DNA of 63,763 nt, counting the filler, from Rhabdomonas costata (Eukaryota): the NCBI GenBank assembly GCA_019059605.1. It is 39 parts of 39 records of this genome, joined end to end, with 100 filler letters (N's around TTAATTAATTAA, not from the genome) between each part and the next. Parts side by side here need not be neighbours in the genome. Positions count along the whole stretch, not along the records: positions 58,954 to 60,489 come from JAHMHO010013547.1; positions 60,590 to 62,126 come from JAHMHO010013548.1; positions 62,227 to 63,763 come from JAHMHO010013549.1; 36 more parts are not named here. The stretch is one strand, 5' to 3'. How positions within the stretch are numbered: the stretch's first letter is position 1; each line of letters opens with the position of its first letter. The position numbers and the translations under genes are program-made. Positions 59,738-63,763 of this stretch are shown in pieces. The notes under the pieces are model-generated. The model searched no databases. It was not told the DNA's origin and saw only the letters and a list, made by a program, of their open reading frames with translations.

Positions 59738-62700
59738 TTATCCAAAATATCACAATTAGGTTTCAGAAACCGAAACCCGAAAATATATGCGTCTGTTGAC
59801 CTCCGCTACACCAACGCTTCTATCGCCGTCCCGATCAGCCGGGCCGGAAGGCTCACGAAGTGATGGAATAGATGCAGAACTGTTCGAAATAGCAGCATCG
59901 AAAGCGGGGGGGGGGTCAAGTTGACATGATCAAGTCGATCAAAGCGAATTCGATACAAACAATTCTTTGTTCGTTGAGAGAACGTGCGTAGGATTTGGCG
60001 GGATGAAGTGTGTCAGCACCTTGCGCTTCGGAACGAGCAGAGAACGACGGAAAAACAAAAGAACCGGGAAACCTGGCAACGTCTACAATCCTGTCAGCCT
60101 TCAGCAGAGAAAACCCACATACAATGGCATGCAATGGACCTGACAAGCCGGCAGTGCAGATGAGTTTCAATAGGGTTCAACCAAGCAAACACCTAAAACC
60201 CGTCGCAGAAACCGGTTGCAAGCAAGAAGGGAGAGCACCTTGTGTAAATGTTGCCGAACTCTTTCAATCCAAAAAGCCTGCGTAGTCAAAACGGAGAAAC
60301 ATGTGTGGGTGAGCTGCCATCACTAGTGTGGCACGGACACAATGGCTCGCACTAATGCGGTCCTCACATGCAATCTTGTGTAACGCCGTGTTTTCATTGA
60401 CACCCGTAAGCCCCCCCCCTTAAAAAACCGATCCTTCATTCCTATGCATAATCGGTATGGCACAGCTTATGCATATCTTGGTAAACTGGNNNNNNNNNNN
60501 NNNNNNNNNNNNNNNNNNNNNNNNNNNNNNNNNTTAATTAATTAANNNNNNNNNNNNNNNNNNNNNNNNNNNNNNNNNNNNNNNNNNNNTGTTGGTGTGT
60601 GGATACCCACCTCGTTTGTGTTTCCGGATGTTAGCTCGCAGTGATAAAGGGCCGGGGGTGCGACGACCCAAAGCGAGCTTTAAAAGGGGCCTTTCAACAA
60701 GCGGCAGCTGCTGATGCGAACAGGAGCACAGGAATCGAGGGTAGGGTGCGCTCTTTTCAGTTGCTCAGTGCAGATGCCGCTAATTAAGCCTGCTTGAGAC
60801 TGGACCCCTTGTAATAAAATACAGGCTTGGTAATGCAGACATGCCAAGCACAGTGAGGCGCCACTCAGCCGCATAATGTTGGCTCTAACACAGTCAACCC
60901 GAAAACCTATGCGCCCGAGAACCGAGAAGGCTGGTCACCACACCGTTTCCGCATGTGTTCAGGTCTTTCTGTTGGAGAAAACGCTTCCTAGCGAAAGTAA
61001 ACAGAAGCTCTGACTACCCCCTTGAGAATGGAGCCCACAAATCGAATCAGCAGGTCCACGTTGCCGCGCTGCTGGAGGAGCTTCGCCAGCTTCTGTAGCT
61101 CCGGAGTTGCCGAAGAGCTGCTCGCGGGCTGGAGAGAAAAGAAAAATGCAATGGGATTGGATTCACAAAGGATGTAGACAGGCACCATTGTTGTTGAGTG
61201 CCACCCGCGTCAGGCACCAAAACATTTCTCCCGCTGTGGCCCCTTCTCAAGGTCAACCGAAACGATCTCCCACAGGCCACAAAATCATCGAACTTCGACG
61301 AGCGGGTCATGCGTCCCACAGCACAAAAGAGCACATTCACTGCAGAAAGAAGAGGGAATAGGAGGGGAAAAGAACCCCCCCCCCTAACAACGTTTCTTAC
61401 ACCAGTTCGCACAGGAGACAGGGAAAGTATAGCAGGCTACACGGTAGATCGAGAGTTTACAACCTTGCGAAATCATGAAGTGATATGACATGCGACCCAA
61501 GCCTAGTTCTGGATTTCGGGGGTGCAACTAGGCTTGGGTCGAAGGGACCCTCGTAAACGCCTACCTGTCGCATCCGAGCCAGTTCACCGCGGAGATTCGC
61601 CAGCTCACTCTGAAGATCCGACTGCTGCGCGCGCAGCCGGGCGACCTCAGAATCCTCGGACATTCTGTCTGAATTTAATGGAGCAGAAAATTTCAAAAGA
61701 ATAAGGCGGTCTGGGTTCACCTGAAGCAATTGTTTGCCGTACAAGACATACATTCCTCACTATCTGGTTCGTTCATTAAAAGCCATCTCATTTCTCGTGG
61801 GCATTCAAAAACGAATCCTGAGTCCAAAAAAAGATCCCACTGTTCCCAGACATTAGCCAATGAAAAAGCAGAAACTAGGCAAAAATCGGCCCAACGTAAA
61901 ATCAAAAGAACTCCGTGGAAAACCATTCACCCTTTGATTGGGGCCACCGGACAGCCACAACCATTCGAATTCTGCTTCTAATTCAAAGGTACATTTGAAT
62001 TGGTGGGCAATGAGACTTATTCCCTGCAGCCGCTACAGAGGCTACTAAAGGAGCCTGTGCCATATGCTGGCCAGTTTCAATCAACCCATTGGAGGCAGAA
62101 CTGCACCCAATTCCCACAACCACAACNNNNNNNNNNNNNNNNNNNNNNNNNNNNNNNNNNNNNNNNNNNNTTAATTAATTAANNNNNNNNNNNNNNNNNN
62201 NNNNNNNNNNNNNNNNNNNNNNNNNNCGCAAACTCTTTGTTTCACCAAGGAGGAAGGCAGGAATCAACCCTCTCTCTCGATCGGAGGCCCAGAGGCCGTG
62301 ATAGTTCAGCATCAAACTATTGCCGTTGGCTAGTTATATAGTCCGAAGAAGCGTGTGTGGGTGTGTAGAGGTTTCCACAAGAACAAAAAGTAATTGGAGA
62401 AGTGGAAAAACTTGGGAACACAAGAACAACCAGAAACGCTTGGAACGTTCAAACCTTCAGAAGCATGATATCATCCTCATCAAGAGCCTTAATTGGCTCT
62501 TCATCTTTTTCTTCCTTTGATTTCACCGACTTCTTCCAATCTCTAAAATCAGTTTCTCTCATCTCTGCACAAGAAGTTGACTTTCAACATGTACAATTTC
62601 CTACCGAAGAACTTGTGCATTTCACGTTAAAGAAAGGGACTTCACAACATTCAAAATAAGACTTTGGAATTTTTTATTTCTTTTCGCGTCTTTTCCTCTC

Positions 62701-63334
62701 TTTTCAAGTTTTTTTAAGGAACCAATTGGTAGCACAGAGGGATCTGGGGAGGCGGCGGGTGGGAACAAAGGCAGATAAAGGCCAAAACTTTACCTTCACA
62801 GCGTGCCTGCCGAGGCAATCGGCTTCGGCACCGCACGAGCACCCACAAGGTGCTTGGGGTGCCGCAAGGGCACCGCCGAGCACCCACTTTTCAGCACACT
62901 GCGCACTTCCGCGGCGGAACGGAAGATGAAGGGGTTTGAGACACTGATCCAGACAAGCGTGTGAGGCTGAAAAAGAGACTGCAATTGTTCAGTCGAGGAA
63001 GGCCCGGCTTTGGCGATGGAAGCGTGTAAATTACGGCGGGGATGCCTTCGACAAGACAAACACCATGTCCTTGAGTCAATCCCGAGCAGCACGGAACCCC
63101 CGAACGAAGAAGGTAGACAAGGTCGGCAAGGAACCGACCCAAGCCCCCCCGCAAGAAAGGGGAGAACTGCAGACCCATGCACACTGAAGTTTTCCATGGA
63201 AAGAGAGGTGTGCGCCTTGGACGAGAAGCGACCAACGGCGCGTCGAAAAGCTACTGAAAGTGCGAAAAACGAAAAGTCAGTTTATCTTTGACTTACCCCA
63301 GGAAGGATCGAGGGGAACATTAATACACTCAGAA

Positions 63335-63470
63335 TTAATGCAAATACAGACTTAGTTTGTCGACCTCAAAGCCTTCGTCTTCCACAAGGCGCGGCAGCTT
63401 GTACAGCACGCTGACAAGCGCCCTGTGAAGATAATCCAGCGCCTTGTGGTACCAAAACCGGACGAGACCT
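63335..63470 (-). CDS. Probable terminal exon of an uncharacterised protein
   Basis: Coding-like segment FWYHKALDYLHRALVSVLYKLPRLVEDEGFEVDKLSLYLH*; family not recognised. Confidence 0.35.
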
Positions 63471-63763
63471 TCAGAAGAAACACACCTGAGGCAAGCGGCT
63501 TCAAAAAAGGGATACATTTTTTGTTTAAAGGAAATAGCAAAACCACATGGTATCATATTAAATCAGGGTAGATCGTTTGAACTGGCTGCATGGGTCTCAT
63601 GCATTAAAATCACACAGATGTACATTTTTCTGTCGACATTCCATGGCTCTGAAACAATGTCCGGCACATCTGCCCGAGAAGATTGTGTTTTTCGTCGACC
63701 TCTGTCAGGAAATGCAAGGTCCTTTGCTTTCTCTTCATTTACGCTGTTTTTCCCACAAACAAC

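Overview
This window is not one locus. It is a concatenation of about 39 unrelated short contigs (each ~1,537-1,540 bp, apparently size-sorted), joined by 100-nt N-spacers carrying a TTAATTAATTAA linker. Most contig ends carry G/T-only (or C/A-only) tails and some have terminal fold-backs, typical of whole-genome-amplified single-cell DNA. The DNA is from an intron-rich eukaryote using the standard code and GT-AG introns, most likely a euglenozoan (euglenid-like), based on a CARP1-like cNMP-binding protein and a degenerate class III cyclase with a DDEWMYQL motif. Spliced gene fragments were reconstructed by eye: PPP phosphatase, cNMP-binding protein, two nucleotidyl cyclase-like genes, a HECT-like protein, an atypical MAPK, V-ATPase subunit a, DAG kinase, an LRR protein, beta-adaptin, a WD40 protein, syntaxin-18, bacterial-type PI-PLC, Moco sulfurase and O-acetylhomoserine sulfhydrylase. 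The two most notable items are (1) the 3' end of a TG...CA LTR retroelement whose last ORF is a DIRS/Dam-type N6-adenine DNA methyltransferase running up to the PPT/LTR, and (2) a 652-bp tandem repeat containing a well-formed box C/D snoRNA plus other structured segments. There are also a gag remnant, CRE/SLACS-like LINE remnants, MITE-like elements and an interspersed repeat. All calls are from manual reading; no database searches were run.
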